DNA of 60,569 nt, taken from Fidelibacterota bacterium (GTDB taxonomy: Bacteria; Fidelibacterota; Marinisomatia; Marinisomatales; TCS55). The notes below the pieces were generated by a model. It made no database searches and was not told where the DNA came from. It was given only the letters and a program-made list of their open reading frames with translations. The stretch is from NCBI GenBank assembly GCA_046861385.1, contig JBHHTW010000011.1, positions 1 through 60,569 on the forward strand. Reading direction: 5' to 3'. Numbering within the stretch: position 1 is the first letter of the stretch; each line of letters opens with the position of its first letter. The translations under genes were made by a program, and so were the position numbers. Positions 10,528 to 19,763 of this stretch are shown piece by piece.

Positions 10528-11031
10528 TTACCGTTCTAATATCAGACTAAAAGCAGTCGTGAGTTTCAGCACGTTTTGATTTGCTTTTACAAGATTTCTG
10601 CACAATGTACGGCATAAATTCTGCATTACCTTATATCCTGTTTCCGGATGCTCATTACAAATTTCAAATAATTCATCCTTACCTATTTTGGATAGTGTAC
10701 AATTTGTTAACGCCTTTACGCTGGCTGTTCGTCGATCCCCATCATTAAACAAAGACATCTCTCCAAAAAATAATTTGTAGTCGCTTGAAAGTTTAGTGAT
10801 TGCTTTTTCACGGTTATCTGCTTCACTTTTATTCATTGAAAGTGTTAGTGCTTGATTCACCTCCACTTCGCCTTTTAGCAAAAGAAAAATAGAATCCCCT
10901 ACTTCTCCTTCAACAATAAAAGTATCTCCTTTTGTAACATTTACCGTATGTGCTTTATCGATAAATAGTTTTATTTCTGTAATATCTAAACCATCAAAAA
11001 TTGAATATTCTTTATATGCTTTTAAATCCAT
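10528..11031 (-). CDS. Stand-alone cyclic-nucleotide-binding domain protein (start probably MDLKAY at 11031; ORF track starts at 11067)
   Basis: EGEVGDSIFLLLKGEV and phosphate-binding cassette FFGEMSL...RRTASV. There is no HTH, and GAGG lies upstream of the ATG at 11031. Confidence 0.85.
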   Translation of the reverse strand: MDLKAYKEYSIFDGLDITEIKLFIDKAHTVNVTKGDTFIVEGEVGDSIFLLLKGEVEVNQALTLSMNKSEADNREKAITKLSSDYKLFFGEMSLFNDGDRRTASVKALTNCTLSKIGKDELFEICNEHPETGYKVMQNLCRTLCRNLVKANQNVLKLTTAFSLILER

Positions 11032-11038
11032 ACGCGCC

Positions 11039-12163
11039 TCAAGGTATGATGATGGCTCGTTCACCATCTTTTATTATATAATCTAATTCGGGGTTTATTG
11101 TCGTGGTTATTTTACTTTCTTCCTGTAAAGGAATTCCGCCCTCTTTTAATTTGCGTTCGATAAATGCGTCCAACGCCGATGAATCTGCAGACAGTACTTC
11201 GCCTATACCCAAGTTTTCTTCTTCAGAAAAAAGGCCGATTAAAATAGATCTATTTATTCCACGAAAATGATTAAAAAGATCTTCAAATGTTTTCCCAACA
11301 AATTCTCTTGGAATGTCTACTCGCTTGAATTTATTTACTGAAACGTTATCCAACAACCTGTTGACTGCTTGCGGTATTCCAGGATCCATCACGTGGGCAG
11401 CAATCATGTAGGCTCCAAAATCATCACTTATAACCACTTCATCGGCGTTGGCTCGCTTAATATGCGTTAAGTTATCACGGCTGTATAAATAAGCTATTAA
11501 TCGAATATTCGGCTCTAACCCTTTGATTGTTAAAGTTGCTAAAATGGTTTTTTCATCGGGATTTTGTATTAATTCGTTTACATCACTGGGTATAATCACT
11601 ACGGTCTCTGCCTCACTCAAATTGGCTCTTTCTAATATTCGTTCATTCGTATAATCACCCGCAACAAAATGTAAGCGAATATCCCGATATCTAGTTTTCA
11701 AGCGGGCAATTTGCTCTTCCTCCAGATCATTGATCAGCACCATATCTCTTTCGGCCCCTTCTGCAAGATACTGGATTGAATCAATGACTTTATCGGTGTT
11801 TCTGTTCCACCCGCAAAGAATAATATGATTGTGTACGTTTACTTTTTCCAAACCTTTTTCCTCTCGAATTCTTTTAGCAACAAAGATAGATGATATAATA
11901 GCTGTAAACATGGCTGTAAGTGAAATCCCCGCAAACATGATCAAAACAGCAAATATACGCCCCTGGGGTGTCGTCGGAGAATAATCGCCGTAACCAACAG
12001 TTGTCATGGTAACGATGGACCACCAGAATGGATTCTCATTTTCAGTAATAGACCCTGTTTCCAGAGTGCGCAAAATCAAGCCTCCCAAGATCATGACAAC
12101 AAAGATACCAAGACCAATCTGGAAAAAACTGTTATGAATTAGTAATCGAAACCAGCGACGCAT
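11039..12163 (-). CDS. 2-TM potassium channel with RCK (TrkA-N) domain, MthK-like
   Basis: Selectivity filter TMTTVGYGD, followed by a Rossmann-type HIILCGWN. Confidence 0.93.
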   Translation of the reverse strand: MRRWFRLLIHNSFFQIGLGIFVVMILGGLILRTLETGSITENENPFWWSIVTMTTVGYGDYSPTTPQGRIFAVLIMFAGISLTAMFTAIISSIFVAKRIREEKGLEKVNVHNHIILCGWNRNTDKVIDSIQYLAEGAERDMVLINDLEEEQIARLKTRYRDIRLHFVAGDYTNERILERANLSEAETVVIIPSDVNELIQNPDEKTILATLTIKGLEPNIRLIAYLYSRDNLTHIKRANADEVVISDDFGAYMIAAHVMDPGIPQAVNRLLDNVSVNKFKRVDIPREFVGKTFEDLFNHFRGINRSILIGLFSEEENLGIGEVLSADSSALDAFIERKLKEGGIPLQEESKITTTINPELDYIIKDGERAIIIP

Positions 12164-12285
12164 ATCAAAAAATTTAAGTTAGTTCTGACAAAGAAATAAG
12201 TGTTGAATAAAAGAAAATTAACTGAAAAATATGATGGCTAAAACTATGAAACGTATATTATTAAAACGTAAACAAAAACTAATAT

Positions 12286-12320
12286 CATTGGTTGATTGAA
12301 TGATTGGCTGGTTGATTAAG
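12286..12320. repeat. Short degenerate 4/8-bp tandem repeat (TTGGTTGA-type)
   Basis: CATTGGTTGATTGAATGATTGGCTGGTTGATTAAG in the rlmD/K+-channel spacer. Confidence 0.5.
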
Positions 12321-12376
12321 TGCAAATCATCTTTGGAAACTCATCTTATATAAACGCAAAAACACACAAATACCTA

Positions 12377-13786
12377 TTAATCTTTTTCTAATACACCCAC
12401 AGTTTCAATATGAGGTGTATGGGGAAACATATCCACCATGGCTAATTTTTTAAGTTTAAATCCGTTTTCCAATAAAAGAGCAATATCCCGCGATTGAGTA
12501 GTTGGATTACAGGAAATATACACGATTCGTTTTGCTCCAAATTTTGTTAATGCACTGACCATATCTTTATGCATTCCTGCTCGCGGTGGATCAACAATAA
12601 TCACATCAGGATTTAGTATATTTTTTTTATCGGTTCCTTTTTTAAAAAAGAAATCCAGATTCGCCTTATGAAAGTAAACATTGGTAATTCCATTGGAAAT
12701 AGCATTCCGCGTGGCATCCTCTAAGGAGGATACGATGACTTCAAATCCATGAACTTCTTTTGCTTTTTGAGCTAAAAACAAAGATATAGATCCCGTTCCG
12801 CAGTAAAGATCGTATACTATTTCTTCTCCTGTGAGGTCAGCGCCATTCAATGCTGATTCATATAATTTTTCCCCTTGCTTTGTATTTGTCTGGAAAAAAG
12901 AATTAGCAGAAATCTCAAACGTGAGATCGCTAATCTTATCTTTGATGGTGGGTTCTCCATAAAAGAGTGTTTCATATTCACCATAGGCTATATCGGCTTT
13001 CTTTGTATTAATGTTATTAATAATGGTAGTCACCTGTGGGAATTGTTCATGAATATGATCAGCCAAGGGTTGGATCAGTTCCGGATTTTCATAACTGGTA
13101 ACCAAATTTACCATCACGTCACCGGTATTGTGACCAAAACGCAAAACCAAGTGTCGAAGATAACCGTTGTGTGTTTTCACATCATACGGCTTGAGTTTTA
13201 ATTCCCTGGCTTTTGTTTTTACCGCGTTCAGAATATCATTACCCAATTCCGGTTGAATGAAACATTGATTAATATCCAATATTTTGTCGTAGCGCCGGGG
13301 GACATGGAGTCCCAGCGCAAAATCTTTATCAGAATCTTCCGCTTCGCCTGGTAAAATCCAACGTCTGTTGGAAAATGAAAATTCCATTTTATTACGGTAA
13401 TGATAAATTTCATCTGCACAAATAACTTCATCAACTTTGAAATCTTCTATTCCAGCCTGTCTAATAAATAAGTCCTCAACTTGCTGACGTTTTTGATTGA
13501 GCTGTTCTTCATAATCCAGTTGTTGAAAAGTACAGCCACCACAGAATGCGAAATGTTCACATGGTGCGTCTGTTTTGAAAATTGATTCCTTCAGTACTTC
13601 CAAAGGTCTTGCTTCGGCGTACCCTTTTCGTTTTCTATATACCAGTGCGCGGATTTCTTGCCCGGGAATTGCATTTTTCACAAAGACTACAAAACCATTT
13701 ACTTTAGCGATTCCTTTTCCACCGTATGCCAAAGATTCAATGGTTAATTCGTATTCCTGACCTTTTTTTATAGATGTTTCTATCAT
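12377..13786 (-). CDS. rlmD: 23S rRNA m5U1939 methyltransferase RlmD
   Basis: TRAM domain, CEHFAFCGGC, YRNKMEF, SFFQTN, DLYCGTG, DPPRAG, YISCNP and DMFPHTPHIE. Confidence 0.93.
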   Translation of the reverse strand: MIETSIKKGQEYELTIESLAYGGKGIAKVNGFVVFVKNAIPGQEIRALVYRKRKGYAEARPLEVLKESIFKTDAPCEHFAFCGGCTFQQLDYEEQLNQKRQQVEDLFIRQAGIEDFKVDEVICADEIYHYRNKMEFSFSNRRWILPGEAEDSDKDFALGLHVPRRYDKILDINQCFIQPELGNDILNAVKTKARELKLKPYDVKTHNGYLRHLVLRFGHNTGDVMVNLVTSYENPELIQPLADHIHEQFPQVTTIINNINTKKADIAYGEYETLFYGEPTIKDKISDLTFEISANSFFQTNTKQGEKLYESALNGADLTGEEIVYDLYCGTGSISLFLAQKAKEVHGFEVIVSSLEDATRNAISNGITNVYFHKANLDFFFKKGTDKKNILNPDVIIVDPPRAGMHKDMVSALTKFGAKRIVYISCNPTTQSRDIALLLENGFKLKKLAMVDMFPHTPHIETVGVLEKD

Positions 13787-13866
13787 TTTACTTTTTATAA
13801 TTAGATAAGATTTTTCAAATATGTTCTTGAATTAATTTGTGTAAAAAATTATAAATGTGAAAAATG

Positions 13867-14670
13867 TCAGGAATACATTTCCAAAAAACCCACAAGCAGA
13901 GATTTCAAATTTTTCACCCCTTTGTTGGCATTTTCTATGGTCTGTTCGTGGCTCAATATTTCACCGCTCATACCGGCCGCCATATTGGTGATTACAGAAA
14001 GGGCTGCAATTTTTAATCCCCCATAACGAGCCAAAATCACTTCCGGTACGGTAGACATACCGACCACATTGGCTCCCAACATTTTTGCCGCTCGTATTTC
14101 TGCCGGTGTTTCAAAGTTGGGCCCGCAAAACCAAATATAAACACCTTCGTGGAGTTTGATTCCTTCCCGTTCTGCGATCTGATAAAATCTTGATCTCAAA
14201 TCAGGATCATAAGCATCTGCCATATCCACAAATCGTGAATTTCCTTTTTCTCCAAACAGGGGTGAAACACCTGTGAAATTGATATGATCTGTCAATAACA
14301 TGACGCTTCCGGGAATTGCTTCTTTCATTAAGCTTCCGGCTGAGTTCGTCAGAATCAATGTTTCGCATCCCAAAGCGGATAAGGTTTGAATCGGGACTGA
14401 CATTTCATCAGAAGAACCGGTTTCATAATAATGCACTCGACCCTGGAGAATAGCTATATGAGTTCCCTTAACTTTACCCAAAACCAGCTCACCTTTATGA
14501 CCCGGTACACCCGATGCTGGGAATCCGTTTAATTCATCATAGGAAAATGACATTGGGTTTTCCAACACATCCGCAAAGGACCCAAGTCCAGACCCCAAAA
14601 TGATTCCGACTTGGGGTTTAAATCCTTGTGATTTTGATTGAATAAATTCGACTGTCTTATTGATGCTCAT
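13867..14670 (-). CDS. Purine-nucleoside phosphorylase (trimeric PNP-I, XapA/PunA type)
   Basis: GIILGSGLG, QGRVHYYE, TNSAG, GPNFETPAE, GMSTVPE, TNMAAG and LSHE. Confidence 0.95.
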   Translation of the reverse strand: MSINKTVEFIQSKSQGFKPQVGIILGSGLGSFADVLENPMSFSYDELNGFPASGVPGHKGELVLGKVKGTHIAILQGRVHYYETGSSDEMSVPIQTLSALGCETLILTNSAGSLMKEAIPGSVMLLTDHINFTGVSPLFGEKGNSRFVDMADAYDPDLRSRFYQIAEREGIKLHEGVYIWFCGPNFETPAEIRAAKMLGANVVGMSTVPEVILARYGGLKIAALSVITNMAAGMSGEILSHEQTIENANKGVKNLKSLLVGFLEMYS

Positions 14671-14679
14671 TATATAAAA

Positions 14680-15555
14680 TCAAATTCCAATTGGATGCCA
14701 TGTTGTTTTTGTTTCTAATGTATTTAAAATACGATAGGGATCCTGTACTTTTTTATCCAGCCAATTTTCGTCTGTATAGATGATTGGACGTTTGACGTTT
14801 AATGCAGCATTCTCCTGGACCATTTTTATTTCTTCCTTAATATTACCGCAATAAACGATAGCATTTACATCCATATGAGTAGAAAATTGTTCCAATAATT
14901 CCTCACGGTAACCGGTTAAAATATTCACGACGCCGCCGGGAACATCAGACGTATGCAGAACTTCAGCGAATGTGATTGAGCAAAGGGGCTTTGTTTCCGA
15001 TGCCAGGACAACGACTGTATTTCCACCGGTGATGGCCGGAGCGACAATGGATATCAAACCAATTAATGATGGTTCATTGGGTGAAATCGCAGATACGACT
15101 CCTGTTGGTTCCGGGTAGGAAAAATTAAAATATGGTGATGCAACCGGATTCACCCGGCTAAATACCTGCTGGTATTTATCCGCCCATCCCGCATAATAAA
15201 TGAGCCGGTCAATGGATTGATTGATTTCATTTTCAGCTGCTTTTTTGGAAGCTCCCTGGAGTATCAATTCATCCAAGAATTGGCTGCGTCTGCCTTCAAG
15301 CATTTCCCCGACTCGATATAATATTTGGCTTCTGTTATAAGCTGTGCGTGAACACCATCCGGAAAATGCATTCCGGGCAGAAACAACAGCATTCCTGAAA
15401 TCTTTTCGTGAACCACGGCAAATATTCACTGTTGTAGAATTTGTTGGATCAGTCCATTTAATATAACGACCGGATTCGGTTCTGGGGAATTTCCCTCCGA
15501 TAAATAATTTGTACGTTTTTTTAATTTCTTCCCGTTTATTCATTATATTTTCCAA
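14680..15555 (-). CDS. Truncated aldehyde dehydrogenase-family subunit (NAD-binding-type domain only; start may be 15543)
   Basis: KTYKLFIGGKFPRTESGR, YYAGWADK, EPTGVV and GGVVNILTG. It lacks the ELGG and catalytic Cys region, and ends KTTWHPIG. Confidence 0.85.
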   Translation of the reverse strand: MENIMNKREEIKKTYKLFIGGKFPRTESGRYIKWTDPTNSTTVNICRGSRKDFRNAVVSARNAFSGWCSRTAYNRSQILYRVGEMLEGRRSQFLDELILQGASKKAAENEINQSIDRLIYYAGWADKYQQVFSRVNPVASPYFNFSYPEPTGVVSAISPNEPSLIGLISIVAPAITGGNTVVVLASETKPLCSITFAEVLHTSDVPGGVVNILTGYREELLEQFSTHMDVNAIVYCGNIKEEIKMVQENAALNVKRPIIYTDENWLDKKVQDPYRILNTLETKTTWHPIGI

Positions 15556-15594
15556 TAATCAAATTTCTTTCGTCAAAAAGATTAATCGATTGAG

Positions 15595-15612
15595 CGAAGT
15601 CTCCTGACTTCG
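15595..15612. repeat. REP-like hairpin between the two ALDH genes
   Basis: CGAAGTC-TCCT-GACTTCG, a perfect 7-bp stem. Confidence 0.6.
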
Positions 15613-15622
15613 TGAGCCAACT

Positions 15623-15674
15623 ACCAGTTACAGCTCGACCAATTACTGTTCTACCAATTATCATTACCAGCTAC
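15623..15674. repeat. Degenerate ~15-bp tandem repeat, same family as 1-41
   Basis: ACCAGTTACAGCTCG / ACCAATTACTGTTCT / ACCAATTATCATT / ACCAGCTAC. Confidence 0.7.
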
Positions 15675-17140
15675 ACCAAATTAACATAAGGCATCAATCC
15701 TTCTAAACCGCCTTCACGGCCCATACCACTTTCTTTATAACCGCCGAATGGCGAAGACGGATCAAATTTATTAAATGTATTTGCCCATAAAACACCGGCG
15801 CGAATCGCTTTTGACATTTTGAATATTTTTGCTCCTTTATCCGTCCATACTCCGCCTGATAATCCATAAGGTGAATTGTTTGATTTTGCGATAACTTCAT
15901 CTATCGTACGAAAAGTTTGGATAGCCAGAACAGGACCAAAAATTTCTTCCTGCACAATGCGGTGAGACTGACTGACATCTTCAAACAGTGTTGGAGCATA
16001 CCAAAAACCTTTTTCCGGCAGCGAACACGATGTTTGATAAATCGTTCCGCCTTCTTTTTGACCAATATCAACATACATCTCTATTTTATCTAATTGCATT
16101 TTCGAATTGATGGCGCCAATATCTGTATTTTTATCAAGGGGGTCTCCAACGATCAGTGTCTCCATTCTGTCTTTTAATTTTGAAATAACCATATCCGCTA
16201 CACTTTCCTGAACAAATAAGCGCGAACCGGCGCAGCAGACATGACCCTGATTAAAAAATATACCGTTAATAATTCCTTCCACCGCCTGATCAATAGCTGC
16301 ATCTTCAAAAATAATATTGGCCGCTTTACCACCAAGTTCTAGTGTATATCTCTTCCCGGTTCCTGCCACAGTTTTCATAATCAGTTTCCCAACATCTGTA
16401 GAGCCGGTAAATGCTATTTTATCCACATCGGAATGTTCCACAAGCGCCCTTCCGGTTTTTCCATCACCATTAATAATATTTACAACGCCGGGAGGTAAAT
16501 CTGCTTCTTGAGTAATTTCCGCAAGTATCATAGCAGTCAATGGTGTTGTTTCTGCAGGTTTTAATACAACGGTATTTCCAGTGGCTAACGCCGGCGCCAG
16601 TTTCCAGGAAGCCATTAATAATGGGAAATTCCATGGAATAATCTGCCCGGCAACTCCTATAGGTTTTGCCTTTTTCCCAGGAAAAGCGTATTCCAACTTA
16701 TCCGCCCAACCTGCATAATAAAAGAAATGGGCTGCTGCCAGCGGAATATCAATATCCCGCGACTCGCGGATGGGTTTACCGCCATCCATTGATTCAATAA
16801 CCGCTACCTCCCGTGCCCGTTCTTGAATTAATCTGGCAATACGGTAAACATATTTTCCCCGCTCGGCTGAATCCATTTTTGACCATACATTTTCATAAGC
16901 CTCTCTTGCAGCCGAGACCGCTTTGTTAACATCGTCTTTGTCAGCTTCGGCGACTTCAGCCAATTTTTTCTCATTGGCCGGATTAATCGTTTCAAAATAT
17001 TTTTCTTTCTCCGATGGAATAAATTCACCATTAATAAAAAGATCATATTTTTGTTTAATGCGAATATGGTCTGTACTTTCCGGGGCCGGGCTGTACGACC
17101 AGTCCGTTTCTAAAATTAATTTGTTCGTTGATGTTTCCAT
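15671..17140 (-). CDS. Aldehyde dehydrogenase (catalytic)
   Basis: QIIPWNFP, KPAETTP, FTGSTDVG, ELGGK, FNQGHVCCAGSR, EEIFGPV and PFGGYKESG. Confidence 0.95.
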   Translation of the reverse strand: METSTNKLILETDWSYSPAPESTDHIRIKQKYDLFINGEFIPSEKEKYFETINPANEKKLAEVAEADKDDVNKAVSAAREAYENVWSKMDSAERGKYVYRIARLIQERAREVAVIESMDGGKPIRESRDIDIPLAAAHFFYYAGWADKLEYAFPGKKAKPIGVAGQIIPWNFPLLMASWKLAPALATGNTVVLKPAETTPLTAMILAEITQEADLPPGVVNIINGDGKTGRALVEHSDVDKIAFTGSTDVGKLIMKTVAGTGKRYTLELGGKAANIIFEDAAIDQAVEGIINGIFFNQGHVCCAGSRLFVQESVADMVISKLKDRMETLIVGDPLDKNTDIGAINSKMQLDKIEMYVDIGQKEGGTIYQTSCSLPEKGFWYAPTLFEDVSQSHRIVQEEIFGPVLAIQTFRTIDEVIAKSNNSPYGLSGGVWTDKGAKIFKMSKAIRAGVLWANTFNKFDPSSPFGGYKESGMGREGGLEGLMPYVNLV

Positions 17141-17152
17141 TTTATAAATTCC

Positions 17153-18040
17153 CTAATCCAAAGAAAAATAATTTGACGACTGGTATATACCTGTCGATTG
17201 TTTTACCATCTGCATCAAAACATCATTCGCCAATGAACTGGCTCCAAAACGAAATAGGTCCGCATTCAGCCAATCTTGTCCTAAAGTTTCCTTGACCATT
17301 ACTAAGTATTGAATCGCCAATTTTGCTTTACTAATGCCTCCTGCCGGTTTCATTCCAATTTTTTTCCCCGTTTTTTTGTAATAATCACGAATGGCTTCCA
17401 GCATCACAAGAACCACTGGAGGCGTGGCTGCTGGAGATACTTTTCCAGTGGATGTTTTGATAAAATCAGCACCGGATCGCATAGCGATATCACTGGCAGA
17501 TCGAACATTATCCAAAGTTACCAACTCTCCAGTTTCCAAAATGACTTTTAAATGGGATTCTCCGCATGCTTCTTTCACCTGGGTAATTTCATCAGCGATA
17601 TAGTCATACTCTCCTCCAAGAAATTTTCCTCGGGAAATAACCATATCCACTTCGTCCGCTCCGGCATCAACTACCATCCTTACCTCTTCCAGCTTATTTT
17701 CTATGGACGTCATACCACTGGGGAATGCTGTCGCCACAGAAGCGATTTTTATCCCGGTACCTTCCAGGGCTTTTTTTGCAATTGGTACCATAGTAGGATA
17801 GACACAAATCGCAGCCACTACGGGCATATCTGGAAATTTATCGTGCAAATGAGCTGCTTTGTAACATAATTGTTTTACTTTCCCAGGCGAATCTTTTCCT
17901 TCCAGGGTGGTTAAATCAATCATGCTTAAAATCGTTTTTAGAGCATTGATTTTGGATTCTTTTTTAATGCTCCGTGAAAAAAGTCTTTTAACTCTTTCTT
18001 GAGTGCCCACCTCGTCAATGCGATGTACAAATGTTTTCAT
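17153..18040 (-). CDS. deoC: Deoxyribose-phosphate aldolase
   Basis: DLTTLEG, AICVYP, ATAFPSG, DEVDMV, LKVILETGEL, DFIKTSTGK, KPAGGI and FRFGASSL. Confidence 0.97.
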   Translation of the reverse strand: MKTFVHRIDEVGTQERVKRLFSRSIKKESKINALKTILSMIDLTTLEGKDSPGKVKQLCYKAAHLHDKFPDMPVVAAICVYPTMVPIAKKALEGTGIKIASVATAFPSGMTSIENKLEEVRMVVDAGADEVDMVISRGKFLGGEYDYIADEITQVKEACGESHLKVILETGELVTLDNVRSASDIAMRSGADFIKTSTGKVSPAATPPVVLVMLEAIRDYYKKTGKKIGMKPAGGISKAKLAIQYLVMVKETLGQDWLNADLFRFGASSLANDVLMQMVKQSTGIYQSSNYFSLD

Positions 18041-18110
18041 TATTAGATTTTTTGTTCTGAAGCCGATATCTGTCCACAGCAGATAGTGCTAATTAATGTG
18101 CTGAATATAC

Positions 18111-19445
18111 TCAATTTAGGATTCCTTTCACTTTATCAACAAGCAATTGTGCATCCTCTTTGGTTCTACCTTCTGCATAAATGCGCATGATGGGTTCAGT
18201 ATTTGAAGTACGGAGATGAATCCACCGATCCTCCCAAGAAAATTTTACACCATCGACATCATTGATTTCTGCATTGCTAAAAACAGACTTAGCTTTTTCA
18301 AAAACAACATTTTTATCTATTCCCTTAATTTCTACTTTATCCTTTACAATTCTGAACTGAGGTAATGAATAAAAAATGGTGCTGATGGGTTCATCTGTCA
18401 ATGTCATCCGATGGAGAACCATGGCTGCTGCGACCAGAGAATCTCTCCCGAGATGGGCTTCTTTCAGAATAACACCGCCATTTCCTTCGCCGCCAAAGTC
18501 GGCATTTAATTCAACCATTTTCTGAACCACGTTGATTTCACCAACCGCTGATCTTTCAACGGTGGAATGATATTTTTCAGCCAATTTATCCAAAGCCATT
18601 GTTGTAGATAAGTTTGTAACCAGCGACTCGGACTGCCCGGTTGTTTGTAAATATCCATCTGCCGCAAAGACCAAAGTATATTCATCCCCTGCCGTATGAC
18701 CATCCTCCATTACCACCGCCAAACGATCGCCATCTGGATCGGATGCAAAACCGATATCTGCATTATTTTCAACGACAGCTTGACTTAAATCAGTCAGGTT
18801 TTCAGGAAGAGGTTCCGGTTTCCGGGCAAAAACACCGTCACCCTCACAATATAGTTTAACGACGTCACAACCCAGTGCTTCCAACATGGCAGGAAGTGCG
18901 TCCGAAGCAGCGCCGTTGACCGCATCTACCACCACTTTATAGTGACGATTTCGAATCCTTTTCTGATCAATGCAGGATAAACCAACTACACGAATAAGGT
19001 GTTTTTGAATTGCGTTCACATCGGGATAATGCAGACCGGATTCGTTTTCGGCTATTGATATATCACTATCTACAATTCTGAATAATTCCTCACAATCACC
19101 AAGATGTAAAAAAGTACCGTCAGAACGAACAAATTTTAATCCGTTCCATTCAATCGGATTATGACTGGCGGTGATAATAACCCCTCCAGCCGCGTCGGTA
19201 ATTTCAACCATGAATTGAACCGTGGGCGTGGGAACAATATTCAAATTAATAACATCTCTTCCTACTGAATTGAGGGCAAGGGCAAATTTTTCTAAATACA
19301 TTTCACCGCTGGGGCGGGTGTCTCTTCCCAGGATAAACACTCCTTTTGGCTGCATAGAGTGGAATGCACAGGCATATTTTTTAATAGTTTCAGAATTGAA
19401 TTCAGGAGCAGTTCCCCGAACTCCTGATATGCTGCGTATGATCAT
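18111..19445 (-). CDS. alpha-D-phosphohexomutase (GlmM/PMM-PGM family)
   Basis: SISGVRG, GRDTRPSG, TASHNP (phospho-Ser), DPDGDR (metal loop), GGEGNGG and RTSNTEP. Exact substrate is uncertain. Confidence 0.9.
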   Translation of the reverse strand: MIIRSISGVRGTAPEFNSETIKKYACAFHSMQPKGVFILGRDTRPSGEMYLEKFALALNSVGRDVINLNIVPTPTVQFMVEITDAAGGVIITASHNPIEWNGLKFVRSDGTFLHLGDCEELFRIVDSDISIAENESGLHYPDVNAIQKHLIRVVGLSCIDQKRIRNRHYKVVVDAVNGAASDALPAMLEALGCDVVKLYCEGDGVFARKPEPLPENLTDLSQAVVENNADIGFASDPDGDRLAVVMEDGHTAGDEYTLVFAADGYLQTTGQSESLVTNLSTTMALDKLAEKYHSTVERSAVGEINVVQKMVELNADFGGEGNGGVILKEAHLGRDSLVAAAMVLHRMTLTDEPISTIFYSLPQFRIVKDKVEIKGIDKNVVFEKAKSVFSNAEINDVDGVKFSWEDRWIHLRTSNTEPIMRIYAEGRTKEDAQLLVDKVKGILN

Positions 19446-19491
19446 AGGGTGAAATTACAGTTTTCGAATATAAATAATTCAAATGTTACAG

Positions 19492-19523
19492 AAAAAAAGG
19501 CTTCGAAATATTTCGAAGCCTTT
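19492..19523 (-). terminator. Intrinsic terminator after sigA-rpsU
   Basis: The minus strand reads AAAGGCTTCGAAATATTTCGAAGCCTTTTTTT, a perfect palindrome followed by a T-run. Confidence 0.85.
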
Positions 19524-19545
19524 ATATTTTGAAGAAAGGATATGA

Positions 19546-19743
19546 TCAGCGATTCGCGATGCGTCTCATTCTGGCCATACGGCGTAATGCTTTTTTACGG
19601 GAATCTCTCTTCGTATCACTGGGCTTTTCGTAAAAAGCTCTCTTTTTTATATCCCTGAGTACTCCGGCTCGTTCCCATTTCTTTTTAAACCGACGTAACG
19701 CCTTTTCCAGCGGTTCGCCTTCTCTAACGGTCACTTCAACCAT
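19546..19743 (-). CDS. rpsU: 30S ribosomal protein bS21
   Basis: MVEVTVREGEPLEKALRRFKKK...FYEKPS. A strong SD supports the start at 19743. Confidence 0.95.
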   Translation of the reverse strand: MVEVTVREGEPLEKALRRFKKKWERAGVLRDIKKRAFYEKPSDTKRDSRKKALRRMARMRRIANR

Positions 19744-19747
19744 GTGC

Positions 19748-19761
19748 AATCACCTCCTTCC
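19748..19761 (-). promoter_or_regulatory. Exceptionally long Shine-Dalgarno sequence of rpsU
   Basis: The minus strand reads GGAAGGAGGTGATT-GCAC-ATG. Confidence 0.85.
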
Positions 19762-19763
19762 AA

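Noticed and set aside
18067-18085. Hairpin TATCTG-N7-CAGATA upstream of deoC as an operator or riboswitch
   Set aside because: A 6-bp stem only, with no recognisable riboswitch core and no regulator nearby.
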